A stretch of 64,000 bases of DNA, from contig JBDRRB010000018.1 in the NCBI GenBank assembly GCA_043825985.1, forward strand, positions 16,934-80,933, given 5' to 3'. The notes below the pieces were generated by a model that was not told the DNA's origin, made no database searches, and saw only the letters and a program-made list of their open reading frames with translations. The position numbers and the translations under genes were made by a program. Every line of letters starts with the position of its first letter. Within the stretch, counting starts at the first letter, position 1. Origin of the DNA: a bacterium (GTDB lineage Bacteria; Patescibacteriota; Patescibacteriia; SG8-24). Below, in pieces: positions 38,134-48,040 of the stretch.

Positions 38134-39396
38134 TCAGGCCGCCAGCTCGGACTCGATCTCCATCATCCGGTTGTACTTCTCCAGCCGCTCGCTGCGGGAC
38201 AACGAGCCGGTCTTGATGAACTCGGAATTCACGGCGACGGCCAGGTCGGCGATGAACGTGTCGGCGGTCTCGCCGGACCGGTGCGAGATGGCCGTCCGAT
38301 AGCCGCTGGCATGGGCCAGCTCGATGGCGTCGATCGTCTCGGACAGGCTGCCGATCTGGTTGACCTTGATCAGGATGGCGTTGGCCGCCCCGGTCTCGAT
38401 CCCGCGCCGCAGCCGGTCGACGTCGGTCACGAACAGGTCGTCACCGACCAGGACCAGCTTCTTGCCGAGCTGCCGGGTCTGTTCGGTCCAGTTGTTCCAG
38501 TCGTCCTCGGCCAAACCGTCCTCGAGCGTCATGAACGGGTACTTCTTGATCCAGCCGGCGTACATCTCCGTCATCTGCGCCGCGGTCATCGAGCGGCGGT
38601 CCAGGCGCAGCTCATAGCGCCGCCGCTTCTCGTCGTAGAACTCGGAGGCAGCCACGTCGGCACCGAGCATGACGTCGCGGCCGGGCCGGTAGCCGGCCTT
38701 GCGGATGGCCTGGACAATCAGCTTGAAGGCCTGCTCGTTCGACTCCAGGTGCGGCGCGTAGCCGCCCTCGTCGCCGACCGAAGTGACGTAGCCGGATTCC
38801 TTGAGTATGCCCCTGAGGGCATGGAAAATCTCGGCCCCGGCCCGCACCCGCTCGGCGAACTTCCGCTGCTGCGGGATGATCAGGCACTCCTGAAAGTCGA
38901 TCGCCCAGTCGGCATGACGGCCGCCGTTAAGCACGTTCATCATCGGCAGCGGCATCTTGTATCCGCGGTACGACAGCCGAAAAGCCGAACGCAGGTAGGC
39001 GTAGAGAGGCCGGCGACGGACGGCGGCACCGGCCCGGGCCGCGGCCAGCGAGACGGCCAGGATGGCGTTGGCCCCCAGCTTCGACTTGTTCTCCGTGCCG
39101 TCGAGCTCGATCAGTTCCCGGTCGAGCGCCCGCTGCCGGGTCACGTCGAAACCGACGAGCTGCCCGAGGATGCGGGTGTTCACGTTCCGGACCGCCTTGG
39201 TCACGCCCAACCCGCCGTACCTCTTTCGGTTACCGTCGCGCAGCTCCAGCGCCTCATGGGTGCCGGTCGAGGCGCCGGACGGAACGGAGGCGACGCCGCT
39301 GAACCCGCCCTCGACGTCGATCCGGACCGACAGCGTCGGATTGCCGCGCGAGTCCAGGATCTCGCGGGCCTTGATGTTCTTGATTCGGCTGGTCAT
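38134..39396 (-). CDS. eno: Enolase
   Basis: IKAREILDSRGNPTL N-terminus and the ...SHRSGETED... family signature (here SHRSGETADTFIADLAVA). Confidence 0.95.
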   Translation of the reverse strand: MTSRIKNIKAREILDSRGNPTLSVRIDVEGGFSGVASVPSGASTGTHEALELRDGNRKRYGGLGVTKAVRNVNTRILGQLVGFDVTRQRALDRELIELDGTENKSKLGANAILAVSLAAARAGAAVRRRPLYAYLRSAFRLSYRGYKMPLPMMNVLNGGRHADWAIDFQECLIIPQQRKFAERVRAGAEIFHALRGILKESGYVTSVGDEGGYAPHLESNEQAFKLIVQAIRKAGYRPGRDVMLGADVAASEFYDEKRRRYELRLDRRSMTAAQMTEMYAGWIKKYPFMTLEDGLAEDDWNNWTEQTRQLGKKLVLVGDDLFVTDVDRLRRGIETGAANAILIKVNQIGSLSETIDAIELAHASGYRTAISHRSGETADTFIADLAVAVNSEFIKTGSLSRSERLEKYNRMMEIESELAA

Positions 39397-39423
39397 GGCA
39401 GTTGCGTCAGGGTTGAAACGGCC

Positions 39424-40611
39424 CTAGGCCAAAAGCGGGGCGATCCCCGGCAGGGTGTGTCCGGACAGGTACTCGAGCATCGCCCCGCCGCCGGTCGAGA
39501 CGAAGTCGACGTAGTCGGACATGCCGGTCTGCTCCAGGGCGACGATGGTCTCGCCGCCGCCGACCACGCCGAAGGCCCGACCGCTGGACCGGGCGGCGAC
39601 GATCCTGGCCAGCGACATCGTCCCGTGGCTGAACTGCGGTATCTCGAAGACGCCCATCGGACCGTTCCAGACGATCGTCCGGGCGCGCTTGATGCGGGCG
39701 GCGAAGTCACGGGTCGTCTCCGGACCGATGTCGAGGACGAACTCGTCGCGACGGACGTCGTCCACCGACGCCACGCGCGTGCGCGCTCCGGCGGACAGGG
39801 AAGACGCCGCCAGCACGTCGCTCGGCAGCACTATCTTCCGGCTGCGGACCAGCCGCCGGGCAGCCATGACCTCCTGACGCGGAACCTCGGAACGGCCGAC
39901 CGACAGTCCACGCGCCCGCAACAGGCTGTTGGCCAGCCCGCCGCCGACCAGGACCTCGTCGGCCACCTTGAGCAGCTTCTTCAGAGTCGGCAGCTTGGTC
40001 GATATCTTCGCCCCGCCGAGCAGGACAACGAACGGACTACCCGACCGCTTCAACAGGCGGTTCAGGTTATGGACCTCGGCCTCCATCAGCGAACCGGCAT
40101 AGCTGCGCAGGTACCGGGTGACGCCGACGTTCGAGGCGTGCTTACGGTGTGCGACAGCAAAGGCGTCGTCCACGTACAGGTCGGCTAGGGACGCCAGGCG
40201 ACGGGCGAAAAAGCGGTCGTTCCTCTCCTCGCCGGGATAGAAGCGGACGTTCTCGAGCAGGGCCACCTGCCCGTCCCGAAGCTTGGACAGGACATCCTCG
40301 GCACCGTGGTCGGCCGTGATGTCGGGCCGGACGAACAGGACCTTCCGCCGCAGCAGCTTCTCCAGCCGCGAGGCGACCGGCGCCAGCGACAGCCCGCGCT
40401 CGTGGCCGTCCGGACGCCCGAGATGCGAGACCAGGATCACCTTGGCCTTGCGTTCGGTCAGGTGTCCGATCGTCGGCAGCGAGGCGCGCAGCTTGGCGTC
40501 GTCGCCCGACGCGACCAGTCCGCGCGTCAGCGGCACGTTGTAGTCGACGCGCACCAGCACCCGCTTTCCGGCCAGATGCGGCAGCTCGCCCAGTCCCTTG
40601 ATCCTCCTCAT
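39424..40611 (-). CDS. pgk: Phosphoglycerate kinase
   Basis: GKRVLVRVDYNVPL N-terminus and the GGGAMLEYL C-terminal signature. Start trimmed to MRRIKG. Confidence 0.92.
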   Translation of the reverse strand: MRRIKGLGELPHLAGKRVLVRVDYNVPLTRGLVASGDDAKLRASLPTIGHLTERKAKVILVSHLGRPDGHERGLSLAPVASRLEKLLRRKVLFVRPDITADHGAEDVLSKLRDGQVALLENVRFYPGEERNDRFFARRLASLADLYVDDAFAVAHRKHASNVGVTRYLRSYAGSLMEAEVHNLNRLLKRSGSPFVVLLGGAKISTKLPTLKKLLKVADEVLVGGGLANSLLRARGLSVGRSEVPRQEVMAARRLVRSRKIVLPSDVLAASSLSAGARTRVASVDDVRRDEFVLDIGPETTRDFAARIKRARTIVWNGPMGVFEIPQFSHGTMSLARIVAARSSGRAFGVVGGGETIVALEQTGMSDYVDFVSTGGGAMLEYLSGHTLPGIAPLLA

Positions 40612-40696
40612 AGTACGATGACGAAACGGATTTACTGTCTGCAGTATAACATCCCGGCGACGAAGCCGCCGCACAAAAAATTTTTCCGGAAGAAAT

Positions 40697-41590
40697 TTAG
40701 TACGCGATGTCGAGCAATACGATCTCCGGCGGGTCGAGCAGGCGGGCCCGAACGGTCGACTCGCCGACGCCGGACGTGATGAACAGGTCCATCGGTCCGT
40801 ACGGGAACAGGCCCCGGTCGTAGCGCTGGTCGATGAGGATCGGCAGCGGCACGACCGGACCGACGAACGGCAGCCGCACCTGCCCGCCGTGCGTATGCCC
40901 GGACAGCATCAGGTCGACGCCGTAGTACTCGGCCTGGTTGGCCGGGTCAGGATTGTGGACCGCCAAAATGACGGCCGCATCCTCCGGCAGTCCGCGGAAG
41001 GCCTCCCTCCAGTCGGGAGTCCCGTACCAGATGTCGTCCAGCCCGACCAGAAACGGACCGTCGTCGCCGAGCCGGACCGACTCGTTGGTCAGCACCTCGA
41101 CGCTCTGTCCCTCGACCGCCCGCCGGACGTCGACCGCACCGACGCGATAGTCGGTGTTGCCCAGAACGGCAAAGGTCCCGTAGCGGCTCCGCAGCGACCG
41201 AAAGGGAAAGAGGTCGCCCAGGCCGTCCTCACCGTCGGCGATGTCCCCCAGGACCAGCACGGCGTCCGGCTCCAGCCCGTTGATCCTCTCGACCACCCGA
41301 CGCAGCCAGTCAGCATGGCGGTAAAGCCCGAGATGACTGTCGGAGATGATGGCCAGCGAGAGATGCGAGTCTCCCGGACCGACCGTCACGGCCTGCCGCC
41401 GGACGACCAGCCGATGCGTCTCGACCAGGCTGGCGTAGCCGACCACCAGCCAGACCAGAACAAGAAAAAACGCCAGACCGGCATGCAGCCCGCGGGAAAA
41501 CAGTCCGGACCAGCGGTAGTGCAGCCAGGTCAGGTAGAGCGGAACCGCCGCCAGGAGCAGCGCGATGGTCAGGTCAAACCAAAATGACAT
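40697..41590 (-). CDS. Membrane-anchored metallophosphoesterase (YkuE-like)
   Basis: Two N-terminal TM helices, then a calcineurin-like core (ISDSHLG...LGDIADGED...GNTDY...GHTHGGQ). Confidence 0.75.
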   Translation of the reverse strand: MSFWFDLTIALLLAAVPLYLTWLHYRWSGLFSRGLHAGLAFFLVLVWLVVGYASLVETHRLVVRRQAVTVGPGDSHLSLAIISDSHLGLYRHADWLRRVVERINGLEPDAVLVLGDIADGEDGLGDLFPFRSLRSRYGTFAVLGNTDYRVGAVDVRRAVEGQSVEVLTNESVRLGDDGPFLVGLDDIWYGTPDWREAFRGLPEDAAVILAVHNPDPANQAEYYGVDLMLSGHTHGGQVRLPFVGPVVPLPILIDQRYDRGLFPYGPMDLFITSGVGESTVRARLLDPPEIVLLDIAY

Positions 41591-41629
41591 GTCGGTCGTG
41601 ATCCTTCGGTCAGCGTTTAGAGATTGGCG

Positions 41630-42637
41630 TCAGAGAGTCCGGCCGATCTGCTCGGCCATCTCGGCCAGGCGCATCGAATAGCCCCATTCGTTGTCGTACC
41701 AGGCCACGACCTTCACGAAGTCGCCGCCGACGACCTTGGTCAGCGACAGGTCGACGATGGCCGAATGCGGATTGCCGATGAAGTCGGACGAGACCAGCGG
41801 CTCGTCGGTGACGTCGACAATGCCCCGATAGCGAATCCCCTTGGTCGCCTTGTGCAGCGTGTCGTTGACCTCGTCGACCGTGACCTTGCGCTTGAGAAGG
41901 AAGGTGAAGTCGGACAGCGACACCACCTGGGTCGGCACGCGAATCGCCATGCCGTCGAACATGCCCTTCAGCTCTGGAATGACTTCCGTGGTGGCGATGG
42001 CCGCACCGGTAGTGGTCGGAACGATGTTGGCCGCCGCAGCCCGGGCCCGACGCAGGTCCTTATGCGGACCGTCCTGCAGATTCTGGTCGGCGGTGTAGCT
42101 GTGGACCGTGGTCATGAGCGCCCGCCGCACCCCGAACGAGTTGTGCATGATCTCGGCCACCGGCGCGATGCAGTTGGTGGTGCAGGAGGCGTTGTTCGTG
42201 ACCTTGGCCCGCGGCTTGCCGCCGTCGTTCACCCCGATGACGTGGGTCGGGACGTTGCCGCCCTTGGCCGGAGCGGAGATGATGACGTGCCGCGCCCCGG
42301 CGGTCAGGTGCTGGCTGGCCAGTTCCTCGGTGCAGAACCGCCCGGTGCACTCGAGCACGATGTCGATCTTGTCCTTGGCCCACGGCAGTTTGGTTGGATC
42401 CTTTTCCTGATAGACCCGCACTCTCTTGCCGCCGACGATCAGGCTGGTCGAATCGGACTCGACCTTCCGATCGTACTGGCCGTAGACCGTATCGTACCTG
42501 AGCAGATGGGCCAGCGTGTCGGTGTCGGTCAGGTCATTGATGGCCACGAACTGCAGTGACTTGAGACGGCCGAAGGCGGCCTTGAATGTATTGCGTCCGA
42601 TGCGTCCGAAACCGTTGATGGCGACTCTGATGGGCAT
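41630..42637 (-). CDS. gap: Glyceraldehyde-3-phosphate dehydrogenase
   Basis: INGFGRIGR NAD-binding N-terminus and the ASCTTNCIAP active-site motif. Confidence 0.95.
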   Translation of the reverse strand: MPIRVAINGFGRIGRNTFKAAFGRLKSLQFVAINDLTDTDTLAHLLRYDTVYGQYDRKVESDSTSLIVGGKRVRVYQEKDPTKLPWAKDKIDIVLECTGRFCTEELASQHLTAGARHVIISAPAKGGNVPTHVIGVNDGGKPRAKVTNNASCTTNCIAPVAEIMHNSFGVRRALMTTVHSYTADQNLQDGPHKDLRRARAAAANIVPTTTGAAIATTEVIPELKGMFDGMAIRVPTQVVSLSDFTFLLKRKVTVDEVNDTLHKATKGIRYRGIVDVTDEPLVSSDFIGNPHSAIVDLSLTKVVGGDFVKVVAWYDNEWGYSMRLAEMAEQIGRTL

Positions 42638-42689
42638 AGCCGAATTACGTTAGGGCATTTCTTCTCCTTATTTGCCGCTTGATTATACA

Positions 42690-42716
42690 ACAAAAAAGAG
42701 CGCGGAACACGCTCTA
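42690..42716 (-). terminator. Minus-strand intrinsic terminator at the edge of the low-GC islet
   Basis: On minus: agagcgtgttccgcgctct hairpin followed by TTTTTTG. Confidence 0.5.
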
Positions 42717-42814
42717 CGAAAAGGAACTCGTCTCTATCGTTCAACAACGGCAGCGCTGGCTGAGGTGCAGCCGACGATAGGCCTGATCAGCCAGCGGACA
42801 GAACAACCCAGGAT

Positions 42815-43054
42815 TCAGTTCGGAAGTGGCATCCAAACCGAGCCATTCGGTTCAAACATCCACTGATTCATGATGTTCACCAACTCACCACGGTCTGAGG
42901 GTACGACCTTGAAAAAGTTGTGAACGAGCTGAACATAACGACGGGACTCGGGATCGGTGTGGGAAATGTCATCGAAAACCATTTCCTCGCCACAGCTCAG
43001 CACATCACCGGCCAACAGGCTCGAACTGACCAGCCCGGACATGAAGCCAGACAC
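42815..43054 (-). pseudogene. Short ORF or gene remnant of unknown function
   Basis: 79-aa ORF in a 650-bp gene-poor stretch with intermediate GC. No start context and no recognisable complete domain. A minus-strand terminator lies downstream. Confidence 0.2.
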
Positions 43055-43288
43055 CGTTTCGACCAGGGTATCGCCCTTTGTGACCGGAATGCCAGGGAAA
43101 GAAAGTTAAAGTAGCCTCCTGAAAAAATCTAATAACAAAAAAATTTATTTCATATAACGTTCCAGAATATGCGATGTTTGGCAGTGGTAAAATTTGGAGC
43201 GGAGCGACATACCACTGCCAAATATGAGAGAGCGAACGGAGCGATAGCGGAGTGAGTGAACCAGTTATTCATTGTTAAGTGATGTGAT

Positions 43289-43765
43289 TTAAATTTTCTC
43301 CATCATTTTCTCAACTGTTTCTTCAACTGTCAGATCGGTATTGTCAATTTCATGACCTGCTTGAATTTTTGTAGTAACCATGTGCACGAATCGAGCAGAA
43401 TCTTCACCGTAAACTTTTTTCCTTTTGGAATCCCTCTCGATACATTTATCTACGTGGCTGGTTAGAGTGAAAATTTCTACATCATTATCAAATTTTTCCA
43501 CTAAATCATCAATTTGTTCTTGATAGTAGAAACACCCATCAATAATAAAGGAATTTTCACTCTTCTTTGCTAAATCGAGGATGATTTGATTTGCTTTTAA
43601 GTAGCTCTCGAGAGGGATTCCATCTGAATTAGCTGGAACCAGTTTGTTATCATCAACAATTTGATCTAGTGATAAATATTCTAGGTGAAGATTCTGCGAC
43701 AACAGTTGAGAAACAGTTGTTTTGCCAACACCTAATGGACCTCTGATTATTATTAGTTTTTTCAT
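43289..43765 (-). CDS. Small P-loop kinase (AAA_33/NMP-kinase-like, predicted nucleotide or small-molecule kinase)
   Basis: Walker A GPLGVGKTT at residues 9-17 and a 158-aa single-domain kinase fold. Gene and flanks are ~35-40% GC against ~65% for the window. Confidence 0.6.
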   Translation of the reverse strand: MKKLIIIRGPLGVGKTTVSQLLSQNLHLEYLSLDQIVDDNKLVPANSDGIPLESYLKANQIILDLAKKSENSFIIDGCFYYQEQIDDLVEKFDNDVEIFTLTSHVDKCIERDSKRKKVYGEDSARFVHMVTTKIQAGHEIDNTDLTVEETVEKMMEKI

Positions 43766-43971
43766 AGACTGAAAAATTAAATCATTTCACATAACGTTGG
43801 GCTTATGCGAAGTTCAAAATTTGAGGCAACCCACAAATTTTGAATTTGGGAAACCGAAGTGCAACGAGGTTTCCGCATAAGCCCTGTTATGTGCCCCGAG
43901 CGTAACGCAGTGAAGCGAGAGTGCAACGTGGTCGACCGACTGAAAGGAGGGAGAAGTTAGGGTGGCGGACA

Positions 43972-44334
43972 TCATTCAATGAATCCATCTCTCTTCAGCT
44001 TCTCAAGTGAATTATTGATGGATTCTTCTAATTCTTTATCTGCTTTGTAATAAGCACATATTTGGAGGGCTGAACGTAAGACATCTTGAATCTCTTTGGC
44101 GAGCTTCTTTTTGTCTGGTTCTCCATGCTTATCTTTTTTAACTCCGGTATTCTCAAAATGATTTACTTCACTAGCAAGCTCGCCACATTCTTCAACGAGT
44201 CGTGTGATTATTTGAAAAGGATCTTTGCCATTCGGAAACTTCTTATCTAATCCCGCGTTAATTTTTATAACTTTGTCTAACATATTTGTTGTGAAGCCCT
44301 CCAAATATTTAAAGATGATGTAATTGTCCGCCAC
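43972..44334 (-). CDS. MazG-like nucleotide pyrophosphohydrolase (small all-alpha NTP-PPase)
   Basis: EECGELASEV (EExGE motif) and a second acidic helix (EIQDVLRSAL). 120 aa. Low GC, with an AT-rich upstream region. Confidence 0.65.
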   Translation of the reverse strand: MADNYIIFKYLEGFTTNMLDKVIKINAGLDKKFPNGKDPFQIITRLVEECGELASEVNHFENTGVKKDKHGEPDKKKLAKEIQDVLRSALQICAYYKADKELEESINNSLEKLKRDGFIE

Positions 44335-44399
44335 CCTAATTGCACATAACTAGTTTTTATCCGAACTTTGTATTCCAAGTGTGATAAATTCTTGTTTGT

Positions 44400-44871
44400 T
44401 ATACAAACTTTTTTAAAAAAGCCGAACTCTCGAGGTTGAGAAAACAATAGTAAGGTTTAAACCGGAATCCGGTTCAATCGTTTCTGGATCCCGGATCTCC
44501 TTCCCTCCGGTCAGTCGTCCGGGATGACAGGCTAGGGGGCTGGTCAGTCGTCCGGGATGACAATAACTGTTGTCATGGCAAGCAGAAAAAGCAGCAGTGA
44601 TCAGAAAAACAAGCAGCCCTTGGACGGGAGGCGATGTACCGATCGAAAAACAAAGCAGGCCACAGATTGGACCCACCTCCACCAAGACTTCGGTGGGCAG
44701 GTGAAGTGTGTCCTAACCGGTCCCGGAAAATGAAACAGCCCTTGGACGGGATGCGATGTGCCTGCTTGGAGGAAATCGTACGACGAGGCGTACTAGTGCA
44801 ATACGTCGAGTAAACGATTTCCGAAAGCTGGTGCAGCGCGCCCGATCCAAGGGCTGCCATTCCTTGACGGT
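44400..44871. repeat. Repeat-dense spacer: 21-nt direct repeat (ggtcagtcgtccgggatgaca x2), two 5' modules of the structured element (44617, 44739), and copy D (44737-44858) ending 14 nt from the tsf stop
   Basis: cagcccttggacggga[gt]gcgatgt[ag]cc occurs twice. Copy D closing helix cagcccttgga/tccaagggctg is a perfect 11 bp. Conserved gtgcagcgcgcccgatcc 3' core. Confidence 0.65.
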
Positions 44872-45459
44872 CTAGAGAGCGAAACGAATGAAGCGTCTAA
44901 TCTGCATGTTCTCGCCGATCTTGGCGATATTGTTCTTGAGATGGTCCTGGACGGTCAGGTCCTCGTCCTTGATGAACCGCTGATTAAGCAGACAGACATC
45001 CTGACGGTACTTATCCAACTTACCCTCGACGATCTTGGCGATGACGTCGGCCGGCTTGCCGGAACCGGCGAACTCCTCGGCTGCCAGCTCGCGTTCCTTC
45101 TCCAGGACGTCGGCCGGTATGTCGTCCGCGGTCAGGTACAGCGGATTGGCCGCCGCAACGTGCATAGCCAGGTCATGAACGAATTCCTTGAACTGCTCGT
45201 TGAGAGCGACAAAATCCGTCTCACACAGCACCTCGACCATGGCGCCGACCTTGCCCGTACCATGAATGTAGGCATGAACCAGCCCTTCCTTGACCTCGCG
45301 GTCGCCTTTCTTGTCGGCCTTGGCGATGCCCTTCTTGCGGAGGATGTCCGCCGCCTTGTCGATGTCTCCGCCGGCCTCGTCGAGGGCGGTCTTGCAGTCG
45401 ACCATGCCGGCGTTGGTGCGGGCACGGAGTTCGGCGATGGTCCTGGTGTCAACGGCCAT
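44872..45459 (-). CDS. tsf: Elongation factor Ts (short form)
   Basis: N-terminal UBA-like IAELRARTNAGMVDCKTALDEAGGDIDKA and the dimerisation core. 195 aa. Immediately downstream of rpsB. Confidence 0.9.
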   Translation of the reverse strand: MAVDTRTIAELRARTNAGMVDCKTALDEAGGDIDKAADILRKKGIAKADKKGDREVKEGLVHAYIHGTGKVGAMVEVLCETDFVALNEQFKEFVHDLAMHVAAANPLYLTADDIPADVLEKERELAAEEFAGSGKPADVIAKIVEGKLDKYRQDVCLLNQRFIKDEDLTVQDHLKNNIAKIGENMQIRRFIRFAL

Positions 45460-45537
45460 AGAGTTGTTTTGGCTAGGGTTGAAAAGACGATTCTAGAAAT
45501 CGAACGCGGCCGGAAGCCTCGGCCGAAAACGGACCGG

Positions 45538-46284
45538 CTAGGCCTGCGACGGCTCGGCGGCGACAGCGGCCGGGGCCGGCTGGCGCGCGGCGACCGGATG
45601 GGCCTGGCCCTCCTTGATCGCGTCGGCGAACAGCTTGACGAACATGTTCACGGTCTTGACCGCGTCGTCGTTGGCCGGAATGCCGTAGGCGATGTCGTCC
45701 GGATTGACGTTGGTGTCGAGCAGGGCGAAGACCGGCACGCCGACGCTGTTCGCCTCGCGCAGGGCGGTCTTCTCCTTCTTGGTGTCGATGATGATGATCG
45801 CGTCCGGCAGCTTCTTCATGTTCTTGATGCCGCCGACCTTGCGCTCGAGCTCCTCGATCTCGCGCAGGAACACGACCTGCTCCTTCTTGGTGTACTTCCG
45901 CGCCAGGACGCCGCTCTCCTGCTTGTCCTTCAGGTCGTGGTAGCGCCGGATCTGGCCGGAGACCTCGCTGAAATTGGTGAACGTGCCGCCCAGCCAGCGG
46001 TTGGTGACGTACGGCATGCCGCATTCCTCGGCGTTGCGGCGCACGGTCTCGCTGACCTGCTTCTTGGTGCCGACGAACAGGACGGTGCCGCCGCGGGAGA
46101 CGATCTCCTGCAGCTTGCCGAGGACGGCCTTCGTCATGGACAGCGTCCGGTCGAGGTCGATTATGTTAATGCCGCTCCGTTCGCCGAAGATGTACGGCTT
46201 CATCTTGGGGTGGCGCCGCGCGGTCTTGTGACCGAAGTGGACGCCGGCCTGGAGCAGCTCCAGCATCGAGGGTAACTTAGGCAT
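45538..46284 (-). CDS. rpsB: 30S ribosomal protein S2
   Basis: LLQAGVHFGH, ...VLFVGTKKQ..., NRWLGGTFTNF motifs. AAGGAG Shine-Dalgarno 8 nt upstream. Confidence 0.95.
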   Translation of the reverse strand: MPKLPSMLELLQAGVHFGHKTARRHPKMKPYIFGERSGINIIDLDRTLSMTKAVLGKLQEIVSRGGTVLFVGTKKQVSETVRRNAEECGMPYVTNRWLGGTFTNFSEVSGQIRRYHDLKDKQESGVLARKYTKKEQVVFLREIEELERKVGGIKNMKKLPDAIIIIDTKKEKTALREANSVGVPVFALLDTNVNPDDIAYGIPANDDAVKTVNMFVKLFADAIKEGQAHPVAARQPAPAAVAAEPSQA

Positions 46285-46537
46285 ATCTATACTCCTTATA
46301 ACCTCTACGCCACCGCGGCCGAATCCCCCGGCTGAGCCGAAGGACAGGGACGGACGCGTTACCGTGACGTATGAGAGATGACTTTAGAAGCCCCTTATTG
46401 GGGCCGATCCGACTGGCGGATGCGGAAATAGGCTACAACAAAAGGCAAAAACAGGCAAGAGCCGACCCCAGCCGGCCGTTCGGGGCCCTCCAGCCGCCGA
46501 ACGGAAAACCGAACTGACGGTGGCACGGGTCCGGGGC

Positions 46538-46566
46538 TTGCACTTTTGCCTGACCGGTGCTAATCT
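46538..46566 (+). promoter_or_regulatory. Sigma70-like promoter for rpmE-prfA operon (TTGCAC-N17-TAATCT)
   Basis: -35 TTGCAC 46538-46543, 17-nt spacer, -10 TAATCT 46561-46566. AAGAGG Shine-Dalgarno precedes the rpmE ATG. Confidence 0.45.
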
Positions 46567-46596
46567 CCCACCGTCAAAGAGGCCAAACCATCATAT

Positions 46597-46875
46597 ATGA
46601 AGAAAGGCATCCACCCAACCTACTATCCGGAAGCTAAGGTCGTCTGCGCCTGCGGGAACACCTTCACGGTCGGCGCGACGGTCAAGGAAATCGACGTCGA
46701 GCTCTGCTCCGAGTGCCATCCGTTCTATACCGGCAAGCAGAAGCTGGTCGACACGGCCCGTCGGGTCGAGAAGTTCGAGGAGCGCGCCGCCAAGAAGTCG
46801 ACCGCAGCGGTCGCCGGCAAGAAGGCGAAGACCGCCCGGCGCAAGGCCAGCACCAAAAAGGAGGAGGAGAACTAA
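46597..46875 (+). CDS. rpmE: 50S ribosomal protein L31 (Zn-ribbon type, Lys-rich C-terminal extension)
   Basis: MKKGIHP N-terminus and CxxC...CxxCHPFYTG zinc-ribbon motif. Confidence 0.9.
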   Translation: MKKGIHPTYYPEAKVVCACGNTFTVGATVKEIDVELCSECHPFYTGKQKLVDTARRVEKFEERAAKKSTAAVAGKKAKTARRKASTKKEEEN

Positions 46876-46958
46876 GGAACACGAAACCAACGCGGGACTG
46901 CATCCATGGGCACCGAAAGCGCGTATCCATGGCCAGCATGCCCGCGTTGTGCGTTGAT

Positions 46959-48017
46959 ATGGACTTCGAAGCGGCACTAATCGCCAAGCGGACCAGGGTC
47001 TCGGAGCTCGAGGCCCAGCTTGCCGACCAGTCGATCTTCTCCGACCAGAAGCGGCTGGAGGAGGTCAACCGCGAATACGGCGCGGCCAAGGAGTGCCTGG
47101 AGATCGGCGGACGCTATGAGCGGACCAGGGACGCGCTCGACGAGGCCCGGACCACGGCGGCGGAATCGGACGACGACGAGATGCGCCAGCTGGCCGAGGG
47201 AGAGGCAGTCCGTCTGGCCGACGAGCTGGCCGCGGTCGAGACAGAACTGGCCGCCGCGCTGGTGCCGCCGGGACCGCTGGACGGAAAGAACGTCTACCTG
47301 GAAATCCGCGCCGGGACCGGAGGCGACGAGGCGGCGCTGTTCGCCGCCGAGCTGTTCCGCATGTACGTCCGCTACGCCGAACGGCGCGGCTGGCGGGTAA
47401 AGACCGTCTCGATCAACCGGACCGAGCTGGGCGGACTGAAGGAGGGCGTCATGCTGATCGACGGAGACAGCGTCTACCGGCAGCTGAAGTTCGAGAGCGG
47501 CGTCCATCGCGTCCAGCGCGTGACCGAAACCGAAAAGGCCGGCCGGATACACACCTCGGCCGCCACGGTCGCGGTCATGCCCGAGGCCGAGGACGTCGAC
47601 GTCAAGATCGAGGCCAAGGACCTGCGCATCGACACCTTCCTGTCCGGCGGGCACGGCGGACAGAGCGTCCAGACGACCTACTCGGCCGTCCGCATCACCC
47701 ATCTGCCGTCCGGACTGGTGGTCCAGTGCCAGGACGAGCGTTCGCAGGCCCAGAACAAGGAGCGCGCCATGGGCATCCTGCGGGCCCGCCTGCTGGCCGT
47801 CGAGGAGGAGAAGCGCCGCGCGTCCGAGGAGTCGCTGCGCCGCGGGCAGGTCGGAACGGGAGACCGGTCGGAGAAGATCCGAACCTACAACTTTCCGCAG
47901 GACCGACTGACCGACCACCGGATCAAGAAGTCATGGCACAACCTGGACGGGGTCATGGACGGCGACCTGGACCAGATCGTCAACGCCGTCCGATCCGAAC
48001 TGACCAGCCTGAACTAG
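46959..48017 (+). CDS. prfA: Peptide chain release factor 1
   Basis: GGQ motif ([12 protein letters not shown]), RF1-specific PxT region and [12 protein letters not shown]. Start taken at [10 protein letters not shown]; 46929 is an alternative. Confidence 0.92.
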   Translation: MDFEAALIAKRTRVSELEAQLADQSIFSDQKRLEEVNREYGAAKECLEIGGRYERTRDALDEARTTAAESDDDEMRQLAEGEAVRLADELAAVETELAAALVPPGPLDGKNVYLEIRAGTGGDEAALFAAELFRMYVRYAERRGWRVKTVSINRTELGGLKEGVMLIDGDSVYRQLKFESGVHRVQRVTETEKAGRIHTSAATVAVMPEAEDVDVKIEAKDLRIDTFLSGGHGGQSVQTTYSAVRITHLPSGLVVQCQDERSQAQNKERAMGILRARLLAVEEEKRRASEESLRRGQVGTGDRSEKIRTYNFPQDRLTDHRIKKSWHNLDGVMDGDLDQIVNAVRSELTSLN

Positions 48018-48040
48018 AGGCCGGCGCTGCAGACAGAACG

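Noticed and set aside
43100-44400. Integron-like cassette array (genes followed by attC-like imperfect palindromes; GTTAAGT resembles an R' box).
   Set aside because: There is no intI. Only one approximate GTTRRRY box is present, and the palindromes share motifs with the genome-wide repeat family rather than attC architecture.
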